Of a stretch of DNA of 64,000 nt, positions 52,124 through 64,000 are shown piece after piece. How positions within the stretch are numbered: position 1 is the first letter of the stretch; every line of letters begins with the position of its first letter. The translations under genes and the position numbers were made by a program. The notes beneath the pieces were generated by a model. It worked only from the letters and a program-made list of their open reading frames with translations. It had not been told where the DNA came from and made no database searches. The stretch covers positions 68,448,001 through 68,512,000 of the forward strand of contig NC_043001.1 of assembly GCF_006345805.1 (NCBI RefSeq). Reading direction: 5' to 3'. The DNA is from Octopus sinensis. Taxonomy: Eukaryota.

Positions 52124-53806
52124 TCTCTTTACTATAGGCACAATACAGAGGGGACATACAACTGATATGCGGGGAGAGAAAGACGAATGAAAAAAGATAA
52201 ATGAAAAGAAGATAATTATGATGCAAATGAGACGGCCATCCCGCCCCCGCTGCGAGACGAACCGTGAATACCTTTACAATTAAACTTTTGATTAACTTTA
52301 CAATTAACTTTACGATTAAACTTTACAATTATCTTTACAAATACACTTTACAATTAAACTTAAAACCACCTCTAGTTTCGCTACAATGCGAAACCGTGAC
52401 CTTTCCTTTCGTTTCCTGCCTTTAAACTGAACGTTCATATGTGTCCTTTTTTTACAACAGAAAAGTGACTTTTTTAAAAACATTTTAAATACTTGTTTGC
52501 CCATTTTACATTATTTCTTCTTTTTGTTTACAATTATTTATAATGTTCATGTGCTTTCTTTCAGTTGTAGTTTTTTCCACAATTTTATATACTTACCGTT
52601 CTTCAACCTATCTCGTTATGTTTTATTTCGTGTTTTTGTTTTCCTCCTTGTTTCTTCCTTTTCCCATTTCCATACGGTTCCAGTACTTCTCTCCGCTGTG
52701 GATCTTTCGTCTGTATGCTTTCGCACTTCTGCAACTTCTGATCCTCCTTCTGTGTATCTTTATCATGCAACTCTAGGCTCTTTCTTTCAACCTCCTCGTC
52801 GCTCTGTAATTCCATCTCTCCTCCTGGTATCTTTGTTGACGGTTCCTCTACATTTTCTGTTCTTTGTTGCATTTCCTCCTCCATTCCCCTACTCTTCTTT
52901 ATTTCTGCTGTTGTTGGAGACTTCTTACACTATCGTTTTCTGCTTTTTATCTCTACCAGTTTTTCTTTTTGTGTCTTTAAAGCTATATCTGCGTATCTTT
53001 ATAACTCCTCTATTGGTATACAATCTTTTATTTTATGCCCTCTCATGCCGCATTTGTAACATTTGGGTGGTCTTCCTCTCAGTATTATCTCCAACTTCTC
53101 TCCTGTTGGCAATTCTATTGTTTCTGGCACTTTCTCATAATATTCTGGGGTTCCGACTTTTTCAATACCAAATCCCCCAAATTTCAGCATTCGGTCTTGC
53201 TCACTAACTGAATCTCCAGTTCTGGGTTTTTCCTCTGCAGTCTGGGGTAAAAAATGGCCACTAATACTCACTCAGGCTCTATCATTGGTGGTATCCTTCC
53301 AACTCTGATTTTTACTAATCTCTTTCCTGGTGTGCATGGTAATAGCGTCCATTTGCCTCCTTCTATCACCTGTTTAGCATTCCGTGCTGCCTCGTCTTCA
53401 GTTTCAAATGTTACTGCAACTGTCCCGTAATCTTTTCCTTTTGTGGGGAATATTATTTCCTCGTCAATACAGTTCATTATTAGATCTTCTATTTCTGGAG
53501 CTCTCTCTACTTTTCTGTTCTCGTTAGAAAATGTTCTAAAAATTACATTTTTTTTTTCTTTTTGTTTTCTGTTCTTCTGGGATGACTAGTTTTATGTTCG
53601 TCCCTTCTATTTTCACCATACTGCTGTACTTCCTCAGTTTCTTCATATCACACTCCATGTTCACTTGCTTTATCTTGTATGTGTTCTCGGTTTCCCACAT
53701 TTCAGCGACCTCTGCATACGTCTTCATTTCTTCAGCTGCTCTCGTTCCGCCCAACATGGCAGCTTCGTATCAAATCAACCTCACTTTTCAAAAAATACGG
53801 AAGAGT
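52124..53806 (-). mobile_element. ORF1-only non-LTR retroelement (zinc-knuckle ORF1, L1/Tx1-like) with 14-bp TSD
   Basis: TSD GACAATCACCGGTT at 52110-52123 and 53807-53820. GCTGCCATG start at 53757. Frameshifted ORF with an RRM-like GTVAVTFETEDEA and CX2CX4HX4C (CYKCGMRGHKIKDC), then a K/E-rich tail. No RT. Confidence 0.85.
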
Positions 53807-54236
53807 GACAATCACCGGTTGTCAATGAAAAGTAGGCCTCCCCTTGCAAATACATATCCGTTTTTCAGTGACGAAAAGTCACGGATATCGAAAAGGTGTA
53901 AACAAGCAATTATAAATCTCTGAGCGAAGTATAAACAGCAGCTGCACGACATGGTGAAGTATATTTACCACTTAAATGTGACTAACCCTTAAGAGTTGAT
54001 CCAAAGTAAATTCAATATGTTTCATCCGATTTCGGTCAAGTTTGGCAAATATATCAATTCTGTTCCACAGAAGGTTCTACACTCTTTGGAGTTGTCACTT
54101 ATGGAGTAATATTGAGTAATGGTGCGTCTATGGTCAGAAGCTCAGAAAAATCTTCCATAGCGACTATTGTGGACAAGGAAGGTAATGCTTTGGAGGTAAT
54201 GGTCAGAAATTGATTGTCTCCCCTAGAATGGAAGGG

Positions 54237-54285
<49 letters not shown>

Positions 54286-54286
54286 T

Positions 54287-54318
<32 letters not shown>

Positions 54319-54502
54319 ATCGCCTCATTCTCAGAGAAACATCCATCATCCACAGTACAAACAGTACGTTGCTGATATTTATTTCTGTAGTTGGAAATGT
54401 ACATTTCGTTTTTTGTCAGCATAAAGTAAAAGAGAGATTGACAGTGATGTGTGTATGTGTTGATGAGGAGTGCGAGAAAGAGTGTGTGTGTGGAGAGAGA
54501 GC

Positions 54503-54548
<46 letters not shown>

Positions 54549-54585
54549 GTGTATTGCTGTATATGTGAGTGTGTGTGAACAACGT

Positions 54586-54666
54586 GCATTTCTTTATTTG
54601 TTTTTCCTCGCATCTTTTTTTGAACGAGTATGCGAGTGATTGACTGCGAGAGAGGTGTGTGTTGTT

Positions 54667-54726
<60 letters not shown>

Positions 54727-55300
54727 AGAGAGAGATAACGTAAATTATATTTATTTACTTTTTCTCGCATCTTTTTTAGTGTGTTTGACTGAAAGAGAGA
54801 GATAGAGAGAGATAGAGAGAAGGTGTCTTTCTCTGTGTGTGTGTGTGTATCGCTGTGTGTGTGAGACATCATTTTAAAATCTAAAAATGCTCATTCGCCT
54901 GAGAAACATGTATGCATATGTGCTTATGTATGTACGTGACGTGCATATGCCAGATAATGGGTGTACGTATGTGTTTGTGTGCGTGTGTGACTGATCCTAC
55001 CCATTTTAAACATCCATGACGACACCACTCTCTCTCTCTCTCTCTCTCTCTTAGTCAATCACTCACACACTCACTCACTAAAAAGGGATGCGAAAATTTA
55101 CGCTATCACTCTCTCTCTTTCTTCCCACTTCTCTCTCTCTCTCTTCCCACTTCTCTCTCTCTCTCTCTGTCTCACACACACAGTGACACACACTTTATGT
55201 CTCTCTCTCTTTCCAACAGCACACTTCTCTCTTTCAGTCAATCATTCACACGCTCACTGAAAAAGGATGCGAGGAAAAATAAATAAAAAAATATACGCAC
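54586..55300. repeat. Nested inverted minisatellite/microsatellite fold-back
   Basis: 54586-54680 is inverted vs 55200-55300, and 54735-54800 vs 55040-55110. (GA)n/(GT)n mirrored by (TC)n/(AC)n. Confidence 0.7.
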
Positions 55301-55366
55301 TTACTCTCTCCCTCTCTCACACACACAGAGCATCACACATCTCTCTTTCTCTTTCTCCTTCTCTCA

Positions 55367-55400
<34 letters not shown>

Positions 55401-55599
55401 TACATACAACACTCTCTTTTAGTCTCGCAACCCCATTAACACTTACACACCTCCATGTCAATTTTCTCTCTTTCACTTTATCCTGACACCAAACTTAAAT
55501 GTTTTACGGATTTTACCGAACGCTATATCTTAACAGCTTTTGGATCAAATGTTTACTTGGACATTTTGCGAGCCATATCGAAAGATCGCCTAATTTCGT

Positions 55600-56915
55600 C
55601 CTCGGAAACACCTACAGACACACTGGCGGAATCATCTTCTTAGACGCACCCGGTGGAACTGGAAAAACATACCTCCTTCTTCTTGTGAAGTTACGGCATA
55701 ACCGTGACCTTGCTATTGTTGTTGCCTCTTCAGAAATAGCCTCGACTCTTCTCGATGGCAGACGAACAGCAAACTCTGCCTTCAGATTGCCTTTCAATGT
55801 AGCACATCAAGAAAACCCAATGTACCACATAATGCATTCCTCGGACGAAGCGACAATTGTGAAAAAGTGCAAACTCATTGTTTGGGATGAAGCAACTATG
55901 TCCCATAAATGTTCCCTACAACATACTACAGTTAGAGTCCTTATATCCAACAACAACATCCTAGGACATGCGATTCTACTTCTTGCAGGAGACTCTACTT
56001 TCTTGCGACTCCTTGCAGGAGATTTTCGACAAAGGAACATCCGCTGATGAACATAATACCTACCTTCAAAAATCCCTTCTTTGGTCGTATATCCAATCGA
56101 AACAATTCACTATTAACATGAGATCTCTCCTATAGACTGGTCAGCCAATAACCCAGTTTCGGAAATGCTCCTTAAAATCGGCAATGGACAAATTATATCC
56201 GATGACAACGGATACATTGACGCTACCACCATTGGCCACACTGAATCTAGCCCTGATGATTTACGTTCTGTCGTTTACCAAAATCTTACAACGGAATGCA
56301 TAAAACCAGATTAGCTTCGTGACAGGGCTGTTCTTGCACCTACAAATGCAGCTGTCAACACTCTTAACTTACTGAGTCAGCTATCTTCTCAAGAATGTTG
56401 TTACAGATCAGTTGACACCGTTACAGACCTCGATGAGTTTACACAATTTCTACCAGAATTTCTCAACTTCCAAGATCCTCCAGAACTCCCTCCCCATGAA
56501 CTCCACTTAAAAGTCGGTTGCTCTGTCATCCTCCTACGCAATCTAAACGCACCCACACCATTCAATGGCACTCGCCTTGTGGTCAAACAAAAGATGAACC
56601 ACGCCATTGAAGCCCAAATTATCACGGGACAGCAATAAGGATACCAATTTTATTCTGAAAATTCTGCTAACCCCAATAGAATGCTCCTACCCTATGTAGA
56701 GACTTCAATTCCATCTGAAACTCACCTTCACCATAGCAATTAACAAAGCACAAAGTCACTCGCTGAAATTTGTCGGATTAGACCTTCGAACATCGTGCTT
56801 TTCACATGGACAGTTCTACGTCGGTTGTTCCAGAGTTGGTCATCCAGATAACTTATTCATCTATGCTCCTGAAGGAAAAACAAAGAATGCCGTCTTCAAA
56901 GCAGCCCTACATCAG
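55600..56915 (+). pseudogene. Helitron PIF1-like SF1 helicase, degenerate
   Basis: FLDAPGGTGKTY (Walker A), LIVWDEATM (Walker B), LAGDFRQ, RAVLAPTN, PPHELHLKVGCSVILLRNL..NGTRL, INKAQ, FSHGQFYVGCSRV, KTKNAVF. Confidence 0.93.
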
Positions 56916-57559
56916 TTGTTCCTCTACTGCATTCTTCACATCTACGCTAAACAGTTGTCGTTAGCAATCAGATTTCCTGCAAGCATTTCATTGATATTTT
57001 GCTTCATTTCCCTGATTGCTGTTAACAGTACATTACCTTTAATGACGCTTCTGACTTCACACACGCTGTTCGCTCATAAGCATGCTCTGGCATTTATTTT
57101 TGTACATGCCATTATTCTATTTGTGTTATTGCTATAAATGTTTGCTTTTTCTTTATCATACATGATTTTCATTGAAAAAAAAAAGCTTCAATGCAGTTGT
57201 ATCAGGTATTACGAGAAAAATAAGTACATGATACACGACGCTTTTAGTAAGATATAGGATCTCTAATGCCTACTGCAATTGCGATCCCATTTCATGGACA
57301 TTCATTTATTATTAACTGCCAAAGGTGTATTAAAAAATATCCATTACCTAAGTTTTTTGATACCATATCATAAGCTGCTAACGAAAATGGTAATTATTCA
57401 TTTTACGCTTATCAACTTGAAACGACTTCTAACTACGGACAAATTCGACACAAACCGTCCACAGGAATGCACATTTATAATAATTATACCGTCCATAGGA
57501 CGGGTGCATTTGCTAGTGTGTATATATATATATATATATCCTGCACAAACTTAAATCTT

Positions 57560-58400
57560 AAATGTGTGGAAGATGGTATTTTTGAATATTTGAATTTTTT
57601 AATAAAAGATATAAATGTATATCTTTAAAAACTGGTAGAGGCTTCTTGTCTTATTGTTGTTATCAAGGACATATTAATATAAGTAAAAGAAAGATGAAAG
57701 AAATGATTAGTTTTATTATTAATAATTCGTTTGTAATGTTTGCAGGTACGGTGTTTCAGCAGGTGAATTCCAATGGGTAGCAATTGTAGCTCTCTGTTGA
57801 CCCACTTTCCTCATGCAAGTTCCTTTTTCTTAAAGACCTATGTGCGAGGAAAATGATGGATTTGCTTAAACTACTTGACGGATGCTGCTGATACATAGAT
57901 GATATATTTATGCCTAATTATGGTTTCTTCGAATTTTTACTCGGAAAAATATACCCTACTGAGATTATAGCCGCCAGAAATGGTAACAATGTAAGAAGTA
58001 TTAATTATGTATATGACAATTTAGTAGTTAAGGATACTATGTGCTGGCATTTATTAAAAAGCTGAAGATTTTGTTATGCAAGTGGATTCAATGTCATGGT
58101 CCAGTTGTAGAATACCTTCTTTTATTGGTTATGGTGTTTTTGCAGGGCAGATTGTCAGATATATTACTATTATTAATAATGCTAATAAATTTTCGTATAG
58201 AGTAAATAAACTGTTAAGACATTTAATAAAACAAGGATATAGATACGGTAAATTGGTTAAAACTTTTAATCGCTGTTTGGGTAGGAGACTTGAAATCCAA
58301 TCGTGCTTTGTTTTGGAGAGAATTGAAATAAAGCTTTCACATTTTTTTTATTATAGTAGTAACTATGGAAGACTGGTGGGGTTATTATTTGTATGGACAT
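57560..58400 (+). mobile_element. Degenerate Penelope-like RT (palm/thumb)
   Basis: IPMGSNCS-like motif, YIDDIF, GKIYP, GYGVFAGQIVRY...LIKQGY..KLVKTF. Confidence 0.7.
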
Positions 58401-58896
58401 AAATATTGGTCGCAATTTAGTATGTAATTTAGTTATTGTAGGTTTACTATTAATATCGATACAGACGTACATTGATTTATGTGTTTCTTTGTTGTAGTTT
58501 AATTTTAACGCTAGTATTTAATCTTACCTACATTTAGATTGAATGAATGTGGTTATTAAGCTTTCACTTTTATTATACTATGGTAGACTGAAGGGAATAA
58601 AATGTATGACTTAAAGGTTTAGTCACTGTTTAGTTGTATATTTAGGAGTTGGTTATTGATTTACTTATTGAATGTATTTTCCGATACTGTTGCACATAGG
58701 GTAAATGTTTTTGAAAGTTGTGGTTTATTTGGTATATTTGCTCCGAAACAACACTTATTTTAGTGCCATTGACACCACTGGATTGAATGGTAATACCCAA
58801 GTGTCGAAACCATAATGATACCCATAGGGCAGCTGATGATGGCGGTATGTTGGATTGTTGGTATGACTGCTTTTGTATATGTGAAATAGTGTTTTA

Positions 58897-58936
<40 letters not shown>

Positions 58937-58967
58937 GTCTGTGTGTGTATATATATGTATATATCAT

Positions 58968-59315
58968 TCCCAACAAAGCACGCGGAGTTCTGCTTTTGAT
59001 TCGACGGTCATTCGGAATGCTCACAGCTGCCATATTCCTACCCCTCTATGTCACGCTGGTGAGACCCATATTGGAGTACGGGATTCAAGCCTCTTCTCCT
59101 TATCTCCTGAAAGACATACATCATCTCGAAAGAGTCCAGAAGCTGGCTACCCGCATGGTTCTTGGTCTCAAGCATTTGTCTTATGAAGAAAGGCTGAAGA
59201 CGCTCGACCTTTATTCTTTCGAAAAACGACGTTGTGATCTCATTCTCGCTCACAACATCATAAGCGGAAAGTGTAACCTCTCGAAAGAGCTGTTCTTCAC
59301 TCCTGCTCCAGAGCG
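58968..59315 (+). mobile_element. CR1-clade LINE RT C-terminal fragment
   Basis: KARGVLLLIRRSF...LYVTLVRPILEYG..SSPYLLKDIHHLERVQKLATRMV.GLKHLSYEERLKTLDLYSFEKRR.DLI. Confidence 0.9.
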
Positions 59316-59322
59316 TGTATGC

Positions 59323-59360
<38 letters not shown>

Positions 59361-59364
<4 letters not shown>

Positions 59365-59953
59365 GAAATATTAAAATAACTAAGTCTCTCTAAAAGAGAA
59401 CAGCGGCAGCGTTCCCGGAAAATAATAGTTATCGCCATACTAATATGGCATTCTTATAAAAATAAGAAAAAAGCTGTCCGCTTATTAGCTCCATGAGGCC
59501 ATCGCCTTAAGTTAGCTATTTGATACACAAACTGTATCCATATAACCTTCGAACAAGGGAGGTCAGTCGCTCCACACTACTTGACCGGCAGCTACAGACG
59601 CGTTTCGGAGTATTGCCCCTTTTAGAGAGACTTAGTTATTTTAATATTTCTATTATTGAAAACAAGTGGATGTATTCCACCGAAACTAGGTAAATAAAAC
59701 CATCGAACAGAGATTGTCGGAAGCGACACCTACTGGCTGGCTACGCTGCATTGAAAAGGGGCAATACTCCGAAACGCGTCTGTAGCTGCCGGTCAAGTAG
59801 TGTGGAGCGACTGACCTCCCTTGTTCGAAGGTTATATGGATACAGTTTGTGTATCAAATAGCTAACTTAAGGCGATGGCCTCATGGAGCTAATAAGCGGA
59901 CAGCTTTTTTCTTATTTTTATAAGAATGCCATATTAGTATGGCGATAACTATT
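59361..59953. mobile_element. Doubly inverted PLE-type element with hammerhead
   Basis: ~200-bp perfect inverted arms 59422-59621 and 59754-59953. Second inversion 59361-59396 vs 59619-59655. (TA)n flanks. Homologous to 19972-20276. Confidence 0.85.
59731..59799 (+). ncRNA. Type I hammerhead with U3:A8 core
   Basis: GCUGCA-UUGAAAA-GGGGCAAUACUCC-GAAA-CGCG-UC-UGUAGC, plus an extended stem I (UACUGGCUGGC/GCCGGUCAAGUA). Cleavage predicted after 59780. Confidence 0.75.
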
Positions 59954-59994
59954 ATATATATATATATAGTAGTAACCGACGGAGTGCTTCAATA

Positions 59995-60160
59995 TATACA
60001 CAATTTAAAAATAGGATAAAATCTTTATAAATAGTCAGCATGAAAAACCTCATAAGGGAAAAATTCATTAATTAATACCTTTAAATATATGTATTTATTT
60101 TAAGAGCTTTACTATACATAAATGTCTCACGCTAGGAGGGACTCTTAAAGTCAAAACAAC
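59995..60160 (-). mobile_element. Fragment of the PLE-type family at 18720-18895 and 42925-43080
   Basis: Reverse complement GTTTTGACTTTAAGAGTCCCTCCTAGCGTGAGACATTTATGTATAG...CCCTTATGAGGTTTTTCATGCTGACTA. Confidence 0.75.
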
Positions 60161-60190
60161 CATCTGCATGCATGTATGCATGTATGTATG

Positions 60191-60224
<34 letters not shown>

Positions 60225-60239
60225 TGTATGTATGTACGT

Positions 60240-60758
60240 TAACCCAGTACAACCTGTTGCATGGTCGGGTCGTCGGCGACTAAACCGGCAACACCACCAA
60301 TCTTGCGTGGTGAGGAGGGTGTTTATTGGACACCCTGCGGGATGAAAAACAAAACCCGTCAAAGGGTGGAGGAACTCTTGAGAGTCAATGGCCATCCAAT
60401 TATTCTCTTAAGGTTGTATCATGCGCGGGGACAGAAATAATCGGACTGAATACCCGATCGCGCGGTTAAACCATTGGGAGTGAAGGACTTCTAGCCTTTG
60501 TTAGGGCATCCTTCTAGGAGAAGGTAACTCAGGTAACTGGGATAACTCCGACATAAAACCTGCGGCTCAGTGGTTACCGATGATGTTGACTTGTTCTTCT
60601 TTTCGGATTATGGCTGCTGTGGCTTAGTGAGTGGGATTGACTCAGTGCACAGCCTTTCCTCACTTTTAAAAAAAATCTTCTTGCACAGGCATTGCACGAT
60701 AACAACATTGATTAAGCTTCGTGCAATGGCCATACTCGATAACGAGGGGCAGCCACCA
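60240..60758 (+). mobile_element. Non-autonomous bipartite RTE derivative (5' UTR joined to 3' tail)
   Basis: RTE-like 5' UTR motif GGGCATCCTTCTAGGAGAAGGTAACTC. The terminal 38 bp match the RTE tail at 4092-4129 (1 mismatch). Inserted in (TATG)n. Confidence 0.7.
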
Positions 60759-60804
60759 TGTATGTATGTATGTATGTATGTATGTATGTATGTATGTATG
60801 TATG

Positions 60805-60860
<56 letters not shown>

Positions 60861-60870
60861 ATATATATAT

Positions 60871-61680
60871 CGTTTTATAAAAGATTATTGGAGGGAAAGT
60901 GCGACGAGGTTCTCGGAGAAAGTCTGGGCGTCGACGAAGATCAACTGACCAGTCTGTTCCGGAGGACTTTCGGGCCGGGCCTAAGGATAACTTTAAGAAA
61001 TCCTCACCTGGCAGCGCTACCGAGGGGCGCTGCCTGTTCGCGATAAACTTTACAGGCACGGAAATGCCGTCAGCCGGGCCTGCCCGGGGTGCGCTCAGAA
61101 CGATGAAACCGTTCTGCATGCCCTCGTCCAGTGCCCAAGCATTGCTGACATGTGGGTTTATGTCGAACATCTGCTGTCACATGTAGGACGGATCCGGCTA
61201 TCAGCTGAATCCATAATAGAAATTGCCAGCCCCGCCGCTTTCCTTTGACTGGGAGGGACAGGCAATTTTTATTTGTTTGATGGCTGTATCAAAAAAGGTA
61301 GTATCTTTCCCTTATGGCCAAGCCCTCGTCAACTTTTTGTAGTTTCACTTGAAAAGGAAAGTGAGGGTGGAGAGGGAACTGTTGTCTTCTAGCGAATTTG
61401 TTGAATGGTGGATGGGTATTTGAAAAACAGTGAGAAAGGACCGATTCTGAGCATAGACATGTAAGAGTAAAAGAAGGGCAATTGAGCTGTTGATCTGGCA
61501 CCCGTGACTTCTGTGGTTTTCACCGCAATAGCTTTTAAAGCGCCTCCCCCTATGGGGAGTTTTACTTGCTTAATTTTTTATTGTCAAAATCCATTATTAC
61601 GTACGGTTTTTGTCCTTTAATGTAATTTCATGTGTTTAATGTTTATTTATATTAGCCCTTGTGGCCAATAAATGAATGAA
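60871..61680 (+). mobile_element. L1/Tx1-clade LINE ORF2 C-terminus and 3' UTR
   Basis: RGALPVRDKLYRHG...RACPGCAQNDETVLHALVQCP...MW (zf-RVT-type finger). 3' end AGCCCTTGTGGCCAATAAATGAATGAA. Confidence 0.85.
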
Positions 61681-62559
61681 TTATTATTGTTGTTATCGTT
61701 GTTGTTGTTGTTGTTATTATTATTATTATTGTTATTATTATTCTCATCATCATCATCATTATTCCTAAGAGGAAACACTCTTATTGTCATTAATTATTAT
61801 TATACACGATTTTCATCTTATTAGGAACGACATTAAATGTATGAACACATGGATCTACAAACACAAATATATCATCATAACTAGACAAACATACCTCATA
61901 TATATTTGTTAAAAGACATATAATCATGTATGACATTTGTAAATATTACATTGATATTCTATAGTAGAGACGGCGCGGCCAACCTTAACCACTGTCATCG
62001 TTATATGCTGCAGGCTACGACTTCACATAAACACTTCTACATTTCAATAGGTCTACTTGATAATCATTTGAAGTTGTGTATTTAAAGAACTTTCCTCTCT
62101 CTGTTAATTAAGCCTTGAATCTTCTTTGAATCGTGGTAGCCGTCAACTTCAAGTCGTTCAAATTTTCTAGTTAATTCCAAGAACAAGGAATTATATATTG
62201 ACATTAACTTTTAAGTTATTGCTATTGAAATTCCGTTATATCTCTTATACAGCAGTAGCACACTCACCGCCACCGCCGCCACCGCCACCACCACCACCAC
62301 AACCACCACCACCACCACCACAACCACCACCACCACCACCACCACTGTCACTCTGCAGCTACTATCACCACTGTCGCTCCACTGCCACCTCTATCTCCGT
62401 CGACACCACTACCGCCACCGCCACCGTCGCCACCGTCATCGCCGCCACCACCGACACCATCGCCGCTGCCACAGCCACCGCTGCTGCTGCTGCCGCCGCC
62501 ACCTTCTTCTTCTTGTCAGTATCATCGTGACAAGAATAATGTTAAGATAATGTTAATGC

Positions 62560-62630
62560 AGCGAATCGTTAGCACATGTGACGAAATGTTACGCAGGATT
62601 TCTTCCGGGTACTTTATGAGTTCAAATTCC
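62560..62630 (+). mobile_element. SINE family B head fragment
   Basis: GAATCGTTAGCAC..GACGAAATG...TGAGTTCAAATTCC. Confidence 0.5.
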
Positions 62631-62732
62631 ATCGTATGTATGCTAGTGAATGAAGAAACGAACGACAGCAGCACCCAACAAATATATCTCGCTGGAGATA
62701 TATTAATTGACACATTTGCTCTTCGTGTAACG

Positions 62733-62781
<49 letters not shown>

Positions 62782-62825
62782 ACACACGCACGCACACACA
62801 CATACGTACACACACACGCACACAC

Positions 62826-62856
<31 letters not shown>

Positions 62857-64000
62857 TATGTAAAAGAGAATTTGTATGTGTGTGTATGTGTGTGTGCGTA
62901 GAGTCCTTAAGCATTCGGAAACTGAGTTGCCGGTGTTGACGTATGTGGTATAAAAAATTCAGTAATATTTCGGGTACCAAATAAACTTTATTTTAATTCA
63001 CATATTTTCTACGTTACCTAAACAACCAACTATATTTATTTGAAATACACTTCTCTGCAATGATCAGGTTTCATTAGAAAGGGAAAATAGTTTCACACTT
63101 TCAATTTAAACCAAAATTACAGTATTGCATTACGAGACTAACGATGTATGACTAATGAAAGTAATGTTTCTACGAATTAGTCACAGCTGCACTGTAATAA
63201 AGAAAGCTGCTTATCATCTATCTACCAAATAAACTATATTTTTGGTACAACCCCTTTTTACTACTATAATAACCTCGGAAACGAGGTCGGGTCGCACAAT
63301 TCTGATGTCATTTCAAGCAATATTTCGATTTGTTTCTAATGTTTCACTTTCGTTCAATGTTTCACGTATGCCAGTCAAACATTTATGAAAATGTATCCAT
63401 AAATATTGTATTAAAATAAGTCACAACCAAAATCATTTCATTAAAAGACATCCATTTCTCTAATATGTTATGAGGAAATACAGTCACCCACTCTCTCTCC
63501 CTCTCTCACATGCATACGCACACGCAAACATGCATGCAAAAAGATTTATGCATATGTATTTATGTACGTGCATATGAACGATAATGTGTGTTTGTGTGTG
63601 AGAGAGAGAGAGAGAATGTGTGTGCGTGCGCGCGTGTGTGAGGAGTGCCACTTACACATACGTACAAAAATACATACATAACAAAACATACCTTCACTCA
63701 CTCTCTATCTCTCTCTCTCACACACACACATGTGTCCATTTCATATACACGTACATACATCTTTCACTTTCTCCTCTCTTTCACTTCTGCTCTCACTTCA
63801 AAGCAAATGTCACCTTTTCACTTTCTCCCCTCTTTCGATTTCTTCTCTCTTCAAACCATAAAGAAATAATTTCTGTGTTTTTTGTAGGAATTAACGAACA
63901 ATCATATGATCCCATATGATCGATCATATGATCAAGTTGACAACTTCGCTGCTTCAAACGATAGAATGCGAGAAGATAAATTCCTTTGACACACACACTC

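Larger units (their letters stand above)
54001..57516 (+). mobile_element. Defective Helitron (helicase remnant, intact 3' end; 5' boundary uncertain)
   Basis: 3' hairpin CCGTCC-ATA-GGACGG (57489-57503) then CTAG|T (57513-16). Helicase pseudogene inside. Confidence 0.8.

Noticed and set aside
52497-53207. 236-aa hydrophobic plus-strand ORF (membrane protein?)
   Set aside because: Antisense shadow of the purine-rich ORF1 on the minus strand.
55499-56047. Host PIF1 helicase gene
   Set aside because: Intronless, riddled with stops and frameshifts, and followed by a Helitron hairpin-CTAG end.
62198-62530. Poly-Pro/Ala ORF
   Set aside because: (CCA/CCG)n simple repeat.
63902-63934. CATATGATC x3 with an 18-bp palindrome
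   Set aside because: Short slippage or duplication of a self-complementary motif; no supporting context.

Overview
AT-rich, microsatellite-saturated eukaryotic DNA with no supportable host protein-coding exon. The SINE families and simple-repeat load strongly suggest an octopus (coleoid cephalopod) genome; this is inference. The window is a transposable-element graveyard: tRNA-derived SINEs (two families, at least 14 copies or fragments), RTE, CR1, R4/Dong and L1/Tx1 LINE fragments, several Penelope-like elements (PLEs), Tc1 (DD34E, IR/DR), maT (DD37D), mariner derivatives and Helitrons. The most striking unexplained structure is a set of short non-coding elements carrying type I hammerhead ribozyme (HHR) motifs. 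Most sit in (TA)n tracts and most are built as fold-back inverted repeats. The best case is 31265-33918, a 2.65-kb palindromic array of ~500-bp units with five near-intact HHRs (two on -, three on +), resembling a retrozyme/circRNA precursor. Other HHRs include a compensatory U3:A8 core variant (59745-59786) and one whose flank was hit by an ORF1-only retroelement with a 14-bp TSD (52124-53806). All structures were read by eye; no folding or database searches were run.
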